Origin: a bacterium CG10_46_32
Lineage (GTDB): Bacteria > Patescibacteriota > Patescibacteriia > UBA2169
Assembly (NCBI GenBank): GCA_001889965.1
Contig: MOEI01000028.1
Coordinates: forward strand, 1 to 63,724
Length of the DNA stretch: 63,724 nt
Direction of reading: 5' to 3'
Numbering within the stretch: position 1 is the stretch's first letter; every line of letters begins with the position of its first letter. A model generated the notes under the pieces. It did no database searches and was not told where the DNA came from. It saw only the letters and a program-made list of their open reading frames with translations. Shown here piece by piece: positions 53,132 to 63,607 of this stretch. Both the position numbers and the translations under genes were made by a program.

Positions 53132-54821
53132 TTGGAATATTTCGGAGGTAATTGTTGCAACACTAATAGCAGAGTATCCGGATATGCATCCGGTTATTTT
53201 GCAGTTGCTCGCGAATCGCGGTATAACATCCAAGAGTGAGATAGGCGCATTTTTAAATCCACGCTACGAAGATTTATGTGATCCATTTTTATTCCGGGAT
53301 ATGCAAAAAGCCGTTGACCGCGTCGCCTGCGCGCGCGAAAAAGGAGAAACAGTTTTTGTGTACGGGGATTATGATGCAGACGGAGTAACATCTTCTTTGA
53401 TTATGGTGGAAACATTGCGTGCATGTGGTATTAAAACGGTGGGGATATATATTCCGCACCGCGAAAAAGAAGGTTACGGCTTACATACCGGATCTATTGA
53501 TTATATTGCAGAGCAAGGCGCAACATTAGTTATCGTGGTGGATTCAGGAACTTCTTCTGTGTCTGAAGTAGCATATGCGGTTGAAAAAGGCTTAGATGTT
53601 ATTGTCTGCGATCATCACGAGGAACCTAAAGAACTCCCGCAGGGGCTTTCTGCATTTTTGAATCCGCATGTACGCGGTGAAACCTACCCATTCAAAAATC
53701 TTGCCGCGTGCGGAGTAGTATTTAAGTTTAGTCAGGCATTGTGGAAATCTTTTAATCTTCCTAGTGGACAAGAAAAGTGGTTTTTGGATTTAGTTGCTAT
53801 CGGCACAGTTGCGGACATGATGGATCTCGTAGGGGAAAACCGAATATTTGTCGCTTTTGGGCTAACGGTACTTAATAAAACAAAACGCCAAGGCCTGCGT
53901 TCTTTAATTTCCGAAATGCAGATAAAATCAAAAACACTTGGAACGTACGAAATTGGATTTATGATTGCACCGCGTTTAAATGCAGCAGGCAGGCTTGATC
54001 ATGCCAATACCGCCTACACATTACTAGAAACTCAGGATATGGCCGTTGCCTCTGAATTTGCACAATCATTAAACCAGACGAACGTTGCGCGCCAGTCCGA
54101 AACGGTACGTATTTTTAATGAAGCAAAAGAACAAGTGAGCTCCCAAGTTTCAAAAAACAAAGTGTTGGTTGCGGTGGGCGCTGATTGGCCTGTTGGTATC
54201 GTTGGCTTGGTGTCCGGCAGAATTACGGAAAAATTTTGGCGCCCGTCTTTGGTTATCACTACATCAGAAAAAGGTTTAGTCGGCTCTGGCAGAAGTATTC
54301 CTGGTTTTAATATTACAGACGCGCTTTCGCAGGCAAGCGAGTATTTGGAGCGGTTCGGCGGACACGAGGGAGCATGCGGCTTCACTATAAAATCTGAATC
54401 AATGCTTCAGGATTTTATTCAAAAACTCAACCAAATCGCAGACGCAACACTTTCACAAGAAGCGCTTGTAAAACATCTTACCATTGATATGGAGCTAGGG
54501 CTTGAGCAAATTGATTGGGAGCTTGTATCAGCATTGGATACGTTTGGGCCGTATGGCATAGGAAATCCATCGCCTGTGTTTGCTTCTTTTGGGCTTCGTG
54601 TTGCTGATGTGTTTTTAATGGGCGCGGAAAAACAACACATGCGTATCAAGCTAGAGCAACATAAAGCAACTCATCAAGCTGTTCTGTTTGGATTTAGCAA
54701 GCACATCGAGGGCACGCTGAATCAGGGCGATCTCATTGATATGGCATACAGCATCGACATCAATGAGTACCATGGCCGCCGCGATATTCAGCTGAAGGTT
54801 GTTGCTATTAAGAAACTATGA
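53124..54821 (+). CDS. recJ: Single-stranded-DNA-specific exonuclease RecJ
   Basis: DHH-family motifs VYGDYDADGVTS, VVDSG, CDHH and GGHEGACG. Confidence 0.93.
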   Translation: MRNWNISEVIVATLIAEYPDMHPVILQLLANRGITSKSEIGAFLNPRYEDLCDPFLFRDMQKAVDRVACAREKGETVFVYGDYDADGVTSSLIMVETLRACGIKTVGIYIPHREKEGYGLHTGSIDYIAEQGATLVIVVDSGTSSVSEVAYAVEKGLDVIVCDHHEEPKELPQGLSAFLNPHVRGETYPFKNLAACGVVFKFSQALWKSFNLPSGQEKWFLDLVAIGTVADMMDLVGENRIFVAFGLTVLNKTKRQGLRSLISEMQIKSKTLGTYEIGFMIAPRLNAAGRLDHANTAYTLLETQDMAVASEFAQSLNQTNVARQSETVRIFNEAKEQVSSQVSKNKVLVAVGADWPVGIVGLVSGRITEKFWRPSLVITTSEKGLVGSGRSIPGFNITDALSQASEYLERFGGHEGACGFTIKSESMLQDFIQKLNQIADATLSQEALVKHLTIDMELGLEQIDWELVSALDTFGPYGIGNPSPVFASFGLRVADVFLMGAEKQHMRIKLEQHKATHQAVLFGFSKHIEGTLNQGDLIDMAYSIDINEYHGRRDIQLKVVAIKKL

Positions 54822-54823
54822 TA

Positions 54824-54904
54824 GGTGTTCGGGGTGTGCATTTTTCGACTCCGAAGGGATCATAGCTCATCATTCTCATCTCAAAATGCACACCCTGCAC
54901 ACCC
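54824..54904. repeat. Copy 2 of the ~85-nt hairpin-forming repeat
   Basis: GGTGTTCGGGG...CTCCGAAGGG...CATCATTCTCATC...CCCTGCACACCC. The inner stem GGGTGTGCATTTT / AAAATGCACACCC differs in sequence from copy 1 but still pairs. Confidence 0.85.
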
Positions 54905-54918
54905 TAAACCCAAAAAAC

Positions 54919-55320
54919 ATGAAGCTAACCATACAAACAGACGGCGGAGCTCGAGGAAACCCAGGTCCATCCGGAATCGGGGTAGTCATCACGGATGAGA
55001 AGCGTACTACCATTAAAGAAATTTCTGAATACATTGGCAAGGCAACCAACAATCAAGCGGAATACATTGCGCTTATTCGAGGCTTAGAAGAAGCAAAAAA
55101 ACTCGGCGCTTTTGAAGTGAGTATTGTTATGGATAGTGAGCTCATTATTAAACAGCTTAAAGGGGAATACAAAGTACGGGATGCAAAACTTGCTGTGTTG
55201 TTTGTGAAAGCATGGAATATGTTGCAGAGCTTTTCGTCTTACTCCGTCAAACACGTCCTGCGCGCAAAAAATAAGCGGGCAGATGAGCTGGTAAATGAGG
55301 CAATTGACCAAAAAATATAA
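54919..55320 (+). CDS. rnhA: Ribonuclease HI
   Basis: MKLTIQTDGGARGNPGPSGIGVVI, TNNQAEYIALIRGLE and ADELVNEA are RNase H motifs. The track ORF start at 54799 lies inside the repeat. Confidence 0.9.
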   Translation: MKLTIQTDGGARGNPGPSGIGVVITDEKRTTIKEISEYIGKATNNQAEYIALIRGLEEAKKLGAFEVSIVMDSELIIKQLKGEYKVRDAKLAVLFVKAWNMLQSFSSYSVKHVLRAKNKRADELVNEAIDQKI

Positions 55321-55321
55321 T

Positions 55322-55350
55322 TTGACATTTTAGCTGATTTTTGCTACTCT
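55322..55350 (+). promoter_or_regulatory. Candidate promoter for rnpB
   Basis: TTGACA-17 nt-TACTCT, about 30 nt upstream of the RNase P RNA 5' end. Confidence 0.4.
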
Positions 55351-55377
55351 ATTATCGTTAGTTTGATATCTGTAATT

Positions 55378-55751
55378 GGCAGGTAAGCTAGACAATCGCC
55401 TTGAGCTTGTCTCAAGGAGGAAAGTCCGAACACCTCCGTCGAAAGGCGGAAAAAAGGGTAGTCGGTAACGCCGACCGGTATACGAATCGTACGAAGGGTC
55501 TCTCGAGAACTTTCGTGCTTTTCTAAGCCAGGACAGGTGCAACAGAAAGTATACCGCCGATGGCCGCAAGGCACAGGCAAGGTTGAAATCGTGGGGTAAG
55601 AGCCCACGCGTTCGCGTGGTGACATGCGAAAAGAGGTAAACCCTACCCGGTGAAAGGGCGCATAAATGGTAGCCCGTTAGATTTTGCAAGCAATTGCAAA
55701 CCTAGATAGATGATTGTCCTCGACAAAATTCGGCTTATCGGCTTGCCTGTC
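55378..55751 (+). ncRNA. rnpB: RNase P RNA, bacterial type A
   Basis: Conserved blocks GGAGGAAAGTCCGAACAC (P4 5' strand), GCAACAGAAAGTATACCGCC, GTGGGGTAAGAGCCCAC and CGACAAAATTCGGCTTATCG (P4 3' strand). P1 pairs GGCAGGTAAGC with GCTTGCCTGTC. Confidence 0.92.
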
Positions 55752-55773
55752 GATTAGAGATATTCATAAAACA

Positions 55774-55849
55774 AAAGATTCCCGTAGCGCGTGCACTCTA
55801 AAAATTCATTTGAATTTTTAGAGTCATACTAAGGAGGGAATCTTTTTTT
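55774..55849 (+). terminator. Nested-hairpin terminator after rnpB
   Basis: Outer AAAGATTCCC / GGGAATCTTT stem and inner ACTCTAAAAATTCA / TGAATTTTTAGAGT stem, then TTTTTTT. Confidence 0.7.
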
Positions 55850-55863
55850 GTACCAGTATAGTT

Positions 55864-57255
55864 ATGAAGCGTTCTGAACTATTTTTTTCCTTTCTTTTGA
55901 TTCCAGTTGATTATATCATGATCATGCTGGCTGCTTTTGCGGTTTATTTTTTGCGGTACGAAACGTTTTTAGCGGAAGTGCGGCCGATTGTGTTCGAAAT
56001 TTCGATTGGTGAATATGTGCGTATCGCAGCAGTGGTTGCGCTATTGTGGCTGCCTGCGTTTGGCTTGGCAGGCATGTATACTATTCAACGCAACCGACGC
56101 TATATCGGCGAGCTTAAGCGCGTTATTGTTGGCTGTTCGCTTGGGTTGGTGGAAATCGTACTGTTTATTTTTTTTAGGCTTGAGCTTTTTGGATCTCGTT
56201 TTTTGGTGCTTGCAGGCTGCCTTGTTGCCATGGCGTTCGTATTTTTAGGGCGTGTTGGGATCCGTTCCGTGCAGCGCTCATTATACCGGAAGAATATTGG
56301 TGCGTATCGGGTTGTGGTGTTTGGGGCAGGATCAACCGCGCATCGTCTTATCCAATCCCTAAAAGATGATCCGGATTCCGGATTCCGCGTGGTGCGCCAT
56401 TTTCGGACTTTAGACGAGGCGTCCTTTGGGTTGCTCCAAAACATTTCAAAACACGATCAAGCTGACCTGGTGATCCACGCGGATCCAAATCATGGACGCA
56501 GGGAAATCAAACAGCTCTATGAGTTTTGCCGAGAGCATCATTTTGAATTTTCTTATGCTGCTGATGTGTTAGAAGCCACGAGCACAAATGTTGAGGTAAC
56601 AGATTTAGGCGGCATGCCTGTGGTACATCTTAAGCGTACGCCGCTTGATGGGTGGGGTAGGATTGTAAAGCGCATAACAGATATTGTGGTTGCTTCAGTA
56701 TTTCTTATACTATGCACCCCGTTTTTTTTAGTGCTTGGGGCTATTATTAAGCTTGATTCCGAAGGGCCTGTGTTTGTCCGGCTTACGCGCATGGGTGAGA
56801 GTGCAAGAAAATTTAAGCTGTATAAGTTTCGTTCAATGATCAAAGGAGCGCACGCACACAAGCAGGAGCTTTTCGTGCATAATGAGCGCGGTGATGGGCC
56901 GCTTTTTAAGATGAAAAATGATCCGCGCATAACAAACGTTGGGCGCATTATGCGTCGATGGAGTATTGATGAGTTTCCAAATTTTATTAATGTAGTGAAG
57001 GGAGATTTAAGCCTTGTCGGCCCTCGTCCTCATGAGCCCGAGGAAGTGGGCAAGTACACAGGATATCAAAAGCGTTTACTTGCTATTAAACCGGGAGTCA
57101 CGGGGCTTTCGCAGATTTCTGGGCGTTCAGATTTAAGTTTCGGAGACGAAGCTCGGTTGGATATGTTTTACATTGAAAACTGGAGTTTTTGGATGGATGT
57201 CCAGATACTTATTCGTACTCCCTGGATCGTGATAACAGGAAAGAGCGCAGTATGA
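55864..57255 (+). CDS. Polyprenyl-phosphate sugar phosphotransferase (WbaP/bacterial sugar transferase family)
   Basis: Four to five N-terminal TM helices and a central Rossmann-like region. C-terminal KRITDIVVAS...KFRSM...DPRIT.VGRIMRRWSIDEFPNFINVVKGDLSLVGPRP. Confidence 0.92.
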   Translation: MKRSELFFSFLLIPVDYIMIMLAAFAVYFLRYETFLAEVRPIVFEISIGEYVRIAAVVALLWLPAFGLAGMYTIQRNRRYIGELKRVIVGCSLGLVEIVLFIFFRLELFGSRFLVLAGCLVAMAFVFLGRVGIRSVQRSLYRKNIGAYRVVVFGAGSTAHRLIQSLKDDPDSGFRVVRHFRTLDEASFGLLQNISKHDQADLVIHADPNHGRREIKQLYEFCREHHFEFSYAADVLEATSTNVEVTDLGGMPVVHLKRTPLDGWGRIVKRITDIVVASVFLILCTPFFLVLGAIIKLDSEGPVFVRLTRMGESARKFKLYKFRSMIKGAHAHKQELFVHNERGDGPLFKMKNDPRITNVGRIMRRWSIDEFPNFINVVKGDLSLVGPRPHEPEEVGKYTGYQKRLLAIKPGVTGLSQISGRSDLSFGDEARLDMFYIENWSFWMDVQILIRTPWIVITGKSAV

Positions 57256-58343
57256 AGATTGCACTTGTCCATGACCACCTGAATCAAATAGGCGGGGCTG
57301 AGCGCGTGCTTTCTGCTATGCATGGCATTTGGCCAGAGGCACCACTCTACACACTGGTGCACGATAGAAAAACTATCAGCAATTTTTTTGATACGCTCAA
57401 CATTGTTCCATCGTTCATTCAAAAATTTCCATTTTCCATAAGCCATTTGCGGTGGTATTTGGCATTCATGCCTGCCGCAGTTGAGTCGTTTAACCTCTCT
57501 AAATACGATGTAGTGCTCTCGAGCGCGTCTGCATTTGCAAAAGGCGCAATTGCTCCTTCGTCAGCAATTCATATTTGCTATTGCCATACTCCTACGCGGT
57601 ACCTGTGGAGCGATAGCCACACCTACCTTAAAGAAGTCGGTGGTGGATCCATTATTAGCAAGATTTTACCATTTGTATTGCAACGTTTGCGCATATGGGA
57701 TTATGTCGCAAGCCAGCGGGTTGATCATTTTATTGCCAATTCGCAGTTCGTGGCCGCGCGCATTAAGCGTTATTACAATCGAGACGCAACAGTCATCTAT
57801 CCGCCGGTTGACGTTAAAAACTATCCAATACTGCCGCGGATGAATTATTTTGTTATGGTTTCACGCTTGCGGCCATATAAAAAAGTTGATATCGCAATTC
57901 GCGCGTTCAATCGCCTCAATATGCCACTTGTAATTATTGGAGATGGAGAAGAACGCGATGCGCTTCGTGCCCTGGCTTCACCTACTATTCATTTTATGGG
58001 AAATGTAGACGAGCGCACCAAGAAAAAATTACTTGCCGGAGCTCTTGGATTTATCCATCCACAAGAAGAGGATGCAGGAATTTCTGCTATAGAGGCCATG
58101 GCTGCTGGCACGCCAGTTATTGCGTATGGAGCTGGCGGTGCGCTCGAGACAATAATCCCAGGCGAAACCGGAGTATTTTTTGAGGAGCAAACATGGCAGT
58201 CTTTGGCAGATGCGGTGATTCGGTTTAAACGGCAATCATTTGATTACCAACGAATCCGCGTTCATGCCCAGCAGTATAGCCGGGAGCGTTTTGAGCGCGA
58301 ACTAAAACATTTTGTAGAATCAGCATATGCGAATCGGCATTGA
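57252..58343 (+). CDS. GT4 glycosyltransferase
   Basis: MKIALVHDHLNQIGGAERV start overlaps the upstream stop (ATGA). EEDAGISAIEAMAAGTPVIA is the E-x7-E region. Confidence 0.9.
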   Translation: MKIALVHDHLNQIGGAERVLSAMHGIWPEAPLYTLVHDRKTISNFFDTLNIVPSFIQKFPFSISHLRWYLAFMPAAVESFNLSKYDVVLSSASAFAKGAIAPSSAIHICYCHTPTRYLWSDSHTYLKEVGGGSIISKILPFVLQRLRIWDYVASQRVDHFIANSQFVAARIKRYYNRDATVIYPPVDVKNYPILPRMNYFVMVSRLRPYKKVDIAIRAFNRLNMPLVIIGDGEERDALRALASPTIHFMGNVDERTKKKLLAGALGFIHPQEEDAGISAIEAMAAGTPVIAYGAGGALETIIPGETGVFFEEQTWQSLADAVIRFKRQSFDYQRIRVHAQQYSRERFERELKHFVESAYANRH

Positions 58344-59487
58344 CGCGCGAGTACTGCAAGAGGGGACTGGAGGTGTGTTTGTGTATGCAAAAAATGTACT
58401 TACACACCTGGCACAACTTGGCCGCTCGCACGACATTAATTTATTTGCAAATCAGTATCATCCAAAAAAGAGCGATGCGCTTTTAGATCTTTGTGCATAT
58501 CCAAATGTGAGGCTTCATCAGTATCGATTTCCAAATAAATTTTTAAATGCGTCATTTAAGTTTAAGGAGTGGCCAAACATCGACGAGCTTGTAGGCGGGT
58601 GCGATGTGTTGTTTTTTCCGAGTATGATGTACTCAAGCTGGTCCCATAAAACAAAAGCAGTGCTTACTATGCATGATCTTTCGTATGAATTTTATCCTGA
58701 ATTTTTTACACTCAAGCAGAGAGCGTGGCATGCGCTTATGGATCCAAAGTTTTTATGCCAAAAATCTGATGCAATTATTGCTGTATCTAAAAGTACAAAA
58801 AAAGATATTATGAGCCTCTATGGCATTCCAGAACAAAAAATTTCAGCTATTCATTCCGGTGTTGATTCCCGTTTTAGACCTGTGGTAGATAGAAGTGTGC
58901 TTGCGCTGGTGCGTAAAAAATATAATCTTCCCGATGTCCGGTACATTTTGCAGACTGGAACGCTTGAGCCTCGGAAAAATCACTGCGCAACACTTGCAGC
59001 ATACGAAGAGTGGAAAAGGCAGTACCCCAATGAGTCCCAAAACACACATCTTTTGTTTGCTGGGCACCGGGGATGGAAATCTCGCGACTTGTTTTCCAGT
59101 GTGCATAATTCTGAATTTCGTGATACTATCCATATTGCGAACGAGATATTGGCTTCAGATTTTCCCGCAGTATATTCGCTCGCGAGCGCGTTTGTGTACC
59201 CAAGTTTTTATGAAGGATTTGGATTCCCCGTGCTCGAAGCGTTTGCTTGCGGCATTCCAGTTATTGCAAGCAACACATCTTCTATCGGCGAAGTTGCAGG
59301 CGATGCAGCGCTCTTAGTAAATCCATATCGTGTCGACGAACTTTTGTTTGCGATGCGAGAAATTTTAAACAAACCTGTTGTCGCAAAAGATTTGCGTTCT
59401 AAAGGATTAGGGCGCACAGTTGATTTTGGATGGGAGCGGGCTGCCAAGCAAACACTAAGCGTTTTAGAATATGCGCATCGGAATTGA
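58327..59487 (+). CDS. GT4 glycosyltransferase (paralogue 2)
   Basis: 386 aa, MRIGIDARV start, PSFYEGFGFPVLEAFACGIPVIAS motif. 17-nt overlap with the upstream gene. Confidence 0.9.
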   Translation: MRIGIDARVLQEGTGGVFVYAKNVLTHLAQLGRSHDINLFANQYHPKKSDALLDLCAYPNVRLHQYRFPNKFLNASFKFKEWPNIDELVGGCDVLFFPSMMYSSWSHKTKAVLTMHDLSYEFYPEFFTLKQRAWHALMDPKFLCQKSDAIIAVSKSTKKDIMSLYGIPEQKISAIHSGVDSRFRPVVDRSVLALVRKKYNLPDVRYILQTGTLEPRKNHCATLAAYEEWKRQYPNESQNTHLLFAGHRGWKSRDLFSSVHNSEFRDTIHIANEILASDFPAVYSLASAFVYPSFYEGFGFPVLEAFACGIPVIASNTSSIGEVAGDAALLVNPYRVDELLFAMREILNKPVVAKDLRSKGLGRTVDFGWERAAKQTLSVLEYAHRN

Positions 59488-60631
59488 TTGTCGTTTATAC
59501 GGAACATTTCATCGTGGAATTGGCCGCTATATTGAGCAGCTTATTTTGCAATTGAAAAATCGTACAGACAATCATCAGTATGTACTATTCACAACAGCCG
59601 AAACAGCAGCAAAACTTTCGCTTCCATTAGACCGTTTTTCTATTGTTATAACCGAGGTGCCGCACTATAGCGTGCGTGAGCAGTTAGTGATGCCTGGATT
59701 AATTCTGCGCGAGAAGCTTGCTATCATGCATTGGCCGCATCTTAATGTTCCTTACTGGTGCCCAGTGCCGTATATTGTTACCATACATGATTTAATTGTG
59801 TACCATTTTCCAGATACACGATCTTCGAATTTACCATCATGGAAATACAAGCTTAAGATACTAGGATACCGATTTGTTCTTGCGCGAGCCGTTAAAAAAG
59901 CAGTAAAAATTATTACTGTTTCTGAATTTACTAAGCGGGATATCGTTCGTAATCTTACGGTAGATGCAGACAAGATTATGGTAACCTATTTAGGCGTAGA
60001 AAAAATGCTTTTAGGCACAGACATAATGCGGAATACGCCGCAGTTCGAGCAGATGCTTACGGAAAAATTTAAGATTACCAAACAATATGTGCTCTACGCA
60101 GGAAGTGCGTATCCGCATAAAAATTTAGAACGTTTAATTGATGCGTATTTTTTGCTTCGTGGCACATACAATCGAAACTGGCAGCTGGTGCTTGCTGGTA
60201 GAACAGATTCATTCTATAAAAAACTTTCTGAGTATGCGGATACAACCATTTCTGATCCGCAGTACCGTAATGATATTATTTTTACCGGAGAGGTTTCGGA
60301 TACGGTATTAGATGGATTATACAGAGGAGCCAAATGCTTTGCGTTTCCTTCTTGGTATGAAGGGTTTGGGCTTCCGCCGCTTGAGGCTGCAAGCCGTGGT
60401 GTGCCAGTGGTTTGTTCAAAAGTAGCGAGCTTACCAGAGGTAATGGCGGACGCGGCTTATTATTGCGACCCTGAAGATGCTACATCTATTGCGCATGCAC
60501 TTGATGTTGTGGGCGGATCTCATGCGTTGCAAGACGAATTAGCTTCTGCGGGCCGCAAGCGCGCAAAACTTTTTACGTGGGAAAAAACAGCAGCGCAGAC
60601 AGTTGATGCGTACAACCAAATTATGGTATAA
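59471..60631 (+). CDS. GT4 glycosyltransferase (paralogue 3)
   Basis: 386 aa, MRIGIDCRL start, PSWYEGFGLPPLEAASRGVPVVCS motif. 17-nt overlap with the upstream gene. Confidence 0.9.
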   Translation: MRIGIDCRLYGTFHRGIGRYIEQLILQLKNRTDNHQYVLFTTAETAAKLSLPLDRFSIVITEVPHYSVREQLVMPGLILREKLAIMHWPHLNVPYWCPVPYIVTIHDLIVYHFPDTRSSNLPSWKYKLKILGYRFVLARAVKKAVKIITVSEFTKRDIVRNLTVDADKIMVTYLGVEKMLLGTDIMRNTPQFEQMLTEKFKITKQYVLYAGSAYPHKNLERLIDAYFLLRGTYNRNWQLVLAGRTDSFYKKLSEYADTTISDPQYRNDIIFTGEVSDTVLDGLYRGAKCFAFPSWYEGFGLPPLEAASRGVPVVCSKVASLPEVMADAAYYCDPEDATSIAHALDVVGGSHALQDELASAGRKRAKLFTWEKTAAQTVDAYNQIMV

Positions 60632-60657
60632 TTACGCCATATTACTTATCCCCATGC

Positions 60658-63519
60658 ATGTTAAAAAATCAAAATAAGTCCCCAGTAAAATTAAAATCAA
60701 TTTCTTTCCGAAAAACTCCACAGGATGCAAGTACTCATCTTGATTTTTCAATTACTAAAAAAGTAATTCATCACGATAATTACGAATCATTAGTTAAAAA
60801 ACGAAGGTATGAACACAGGAAAGCAGATGTTTTAGGTATCATTACTACACCAGATTCAGAGCCCGCAAAAGAAGCAGCGGAAGAAGAACTTGAACAAGCG
60901 CATACAAAAGAAAAAGGCACAGAAAATCATATGTTACCTGTCCGACACGATGCATTGTCTCGTTCTCCCTATGTAGTACGTTTGTTAAACGAATGGGAAC
61001 GTACAGCTCATGTGCTAGATGAGCCTAAAAAAAGCAGTCCCAAAAAATCACGTACAGATACAAGGGAGCATGATGCTCGGTGGCTTAAGGAAGTAGAGCG
61101 CCTGCGGAATCAAGTTTCATACACAAAACGAAAAGCACAAAGCATTACTATTGATTTGCTTGGAAAAAAAGGCAAGGCCGTAAAACGCAAGAAAAAAAGA
61201 GAACGATTTGTATTTTCTAGTGTTCCTGCAAAGATAGGCGCGGGAATTCTAAAAGTTGTAATTGCCATTCTTCGATGGTTTTTTGAGTTTATTCTTTCTA
61301 TTCCGCTTGGCTTTTTACTTGCGTTTACGGTTCTTTTGACATTAGTTGAGGTGTTTAACCGCGGGGCAGTTAAAACTGCGCGTGCTGCAGGGCATGGCAC
61401 CTCCTGGGCTATTCAGCATACTTTCTTTTTGATTATTGCGGGAGTCCGCGCAACACTGGTAATCCCTATTAAGCTTATTACGCTTGCGTGTATGGCAATC
61501 TATCGCACCATTAGCAGTGCTGGATCTTTTGCTATATTTACCACACATGCATTTTGGGAAGCAGTAAAAAATTATGCTTTGATTTTTTCAAATCCACCAA
61601 AACAGTTATATCGTAAACTTGCGGCTGTTGCGTGCATAGGCATCGTAGTGATGCTGCCAGTCAAATTTATGGAAATCGCGCCAGATCAGATTCGCTTGTT
61701 AAAAGGCAGTGTGCTTGGCGCAACTAAGCAGGGGTATCAAGGGTTGGCATCTTTTGATCTTGTCCAGGCACAAGGTGATTTTGAACAGGCTCGCACAAAC
61801 ATTGATTCGCTAAACATCGCCATGCGCGCAATGGTTTTAGTACTTCCTGCTGGACAGGATGGCTTGCACGCTATTACTGCAGGTGACGAGCTTGCAAAAG
61901 CTGGAACATATCTAGCGCAAGCGTTTGAGGCCCAGGATGTTGCATCTGAAAATCAAGGTATTTTGCCATTACTCGCCCGCGTTCAAGAATCCTTATCTCA
62001 GAGCTTGCCGCACCTTACCGCTGCTTCTAAAAACCTTGCAGCCATTAATGCAGATAAAGTTCCAGATGAATTTGCAGAAAAATTTCGATCTGCTCAACAA
62101 TTGCTTCCGCAGATTTCAGCCGCAGTTGCCGAGAGTTCGGAACTTTTTGGAACATTGGCAGATGTGCTTGGGGCAAACGGAGATAGGCGCTATGTAGTTT
62201 TGTTTCAAAATAACAATGAACTCAGGCCAGCTGGAGGTTTTATTGGAAGCCTCGCGTTTATTGATGTGCGGGATGGAGCTATTACAAACATAGAAGTTCC
62301 AGGCGGTGGAGCGTACGATTTCAAAGGATATCTTTCAGAGCAAGTCAAAGCCCCTAAGCCGTTATCCCTTATAAACAGTCGATGGGAATTGCAAGACGCG
62401 AATTGGTATCCAGATTGGAAAACATCTGCCGAAAAAGTGATGTGGTTTTTGGAGCATGCAGGCTACTCTTCTGTTGACGGTGTCATAGCCGTGCAGGCGA
62501 CCACACTCGAAAAATTGCTTGGAATAACCGGCCCTATTGAATTCCCCGATTACCAAGTCACGCTGGATGAAAATAACGTGCTTAATGAAATTCAGAATCA
62601 AGTGGAATTTGAATATGATAAAGTAGAAAATAAGCCAAAGCAGTATATTGGTGAATTGCTTCCGCGTGTTTTAGAAAAATTACTCAGCCTCAATGGGAAT
62701 CAAATGCTTTCGGCGCTTGAGCTGGTTAAATCAGAAATCAAAGCAAAAGATATTCTTCTCTATTTTACAGACGAAGAAACAAACCAAGCATTTATCAAGC
62801 GTGGCTGGCAGCCTTCTCTTATTGCAAGCAATGGGGATTATCTTTCTGTGGTGCATGCAAATATCGGAGGCGGTAAAACCGATGGCGTGATTAAAGAATC
62901 TTGGGACCAGGAGGTGGTTATAGATGCCGATGGCACTGTTACTGTTGCGCTTACTATTATTCGCGAACACCGAGGAGATCCTGCTAATCAATTTGAACGT
63001 TACAATAATGTGGATTATGTCCGCGTATACAGCCCCGAGGGTAGTGAGTTAATTTCGTTTGAAGGAGTTAAGCCACCTTCGTCGTCCTTATTTAAAATCG
63101 GAGAAGCATATTTGCAAGAAGACACAGAGCTTGCCCAGATTGAGGGCAAGGTAATTATTGATGAGGCAAGCGGAACGCGTATCACGAATGAATTTGGTAA
63201 AACCGTGTTTGGCAATTGGCTCCAGGTTAATCCCGGAAAAGTGCTCGTTGCAAAAGTCAGGTACAAGCTGCCGTTTAAAATTAAGCCATTTGATTTATTA
63301 AACCCAAACGCAAAAAATGGATACTCATTGATTATGCAAAAACAAGCTGGCGCGCGCGCGATTCCATACTCAGTTTCAGTTCGCTATCCATCAGATTGGC
63401 TTGTTCCATGGCAAAAAGCCGTGGGAAAGGGGAATGTACAAGTGCTTGGGCCCGGATTAGTAGTTTTTGAAGGTGATTTGTCTGAGGATACTGGTTTCGC
63501 GGTGTCGTTTGAGAAGTAA
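60658..63519 (+). CDS. DUF4012-domain large membrane-anchored protein
   Basis: 953 aa with a Lys-rich N-terminal region and TM helices. GDRRYVVLFQNNNELRPAGGFIGSLAFIDVRDGAI matches my recollection of the DUF4012 core. Confidence 0.8.
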   Translation: MLKNQNKSPVKLKSISFRKTPQDASTHLDFSITKKVIHHDNYESLVKKRRYEHRKADVLGIITTPDSEPAKEAAEEELEQAHTKEKGTENHMLPVRHDALSRSPYVVRLLNEWERTAHVLDEPKKSSPKKSRTDTREHDARWLKEVERLRNQVSYTKRKAQSITIDLLGKKGKAVKRKKKRERFVFSSVPAKIGAGILKVVIAILRWFFEFILSIPLGFLLAFTVLLTLVEVFNRGAVKTARAAGHGTSWAIQHTFFLIIAGVRATLVIPIKLITLACMAIYRTISSAGSFAIFTTHAFWEAVKNYALIFSNPPKQLYRKLAAVACIGIVVMLPVKFMEIAPDQIRLLKGSVLGATKQGYQGLASFDLVQAQGDFEQARTNIDSLNIAMRAMVLVLPAGQDGLHAITAGDELAKAGTYLAQAFEAQDVASENQGILPLLARVQESLSQSLPHLTAASKNLAAINADKVPDEFAEKFRSAQQLLPQISAAVAESSELFGTLADVLGANGDRRYVVLFQNNNELRPAGGFIGSLAFIDVRDGAITNIEVPGGGAYDFKGYLSEQVKAPKPLSLINSRWELQDANWYPDWKTSAEKVMWFLEHAGYSSVDGVIAVQATTLEKLLGITGPIEFPDYQVTLDENNVLNEIQNQVEFEYDKVENKPKQYIGELLPRVLEKLLSLNGNQMLSALELVKSEIKAKDILLYFTDEETNQAFIKRGWQPSLIASNGDYLSVVHANIGGGKTDGVIKESWDQEVVIDADGTVTVALTIIREHRGDPANQFERYNNVDYVRVYSPEGSELISFEGVKPPSSSLFKIGEAYLQEDTELAQIEGKVIIDEASGTRITNEFGKTVFGNWLQVNPGKVLVAKVRYKLPFKIKPFDLLNPNAKNGYSLIMQKQAGARAIPYSVSVRYPSDWLVPWQKAVGKGNVQVLGPGLVVFEGDLSEDTGFAVSFEK

Positions 63520-63525
63520 CGGTTC

Positions 63526-63607
63526 GGTGTTCGGGGGTATACATTTTTTCACTCCGAAGGGGGGCTTCGTCCATACATTTTCGCTAGGAAATGGCCCCCT
63601 GCACACC
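63526..63607. repeat. Copy 3 of the ~85-nt hairpin-forming repeat
   Basis: GGTGTTCGGGGG...CACTCCGAAGGGGGG...CCATACATTTTCGCTAG...CCCCCTGCACACC. It starts 7 nt after the DUF4012 stop and ends 34 nt before the IS end. Confidence 0.8.

Noticed and set aside
55330-55689. Two minus-strand ORFs (119 and 93 aa)
   Set aside because: They lie entirely inside the plus-strand RNase P RNA gene, whose conserved blocks are unambiguous.
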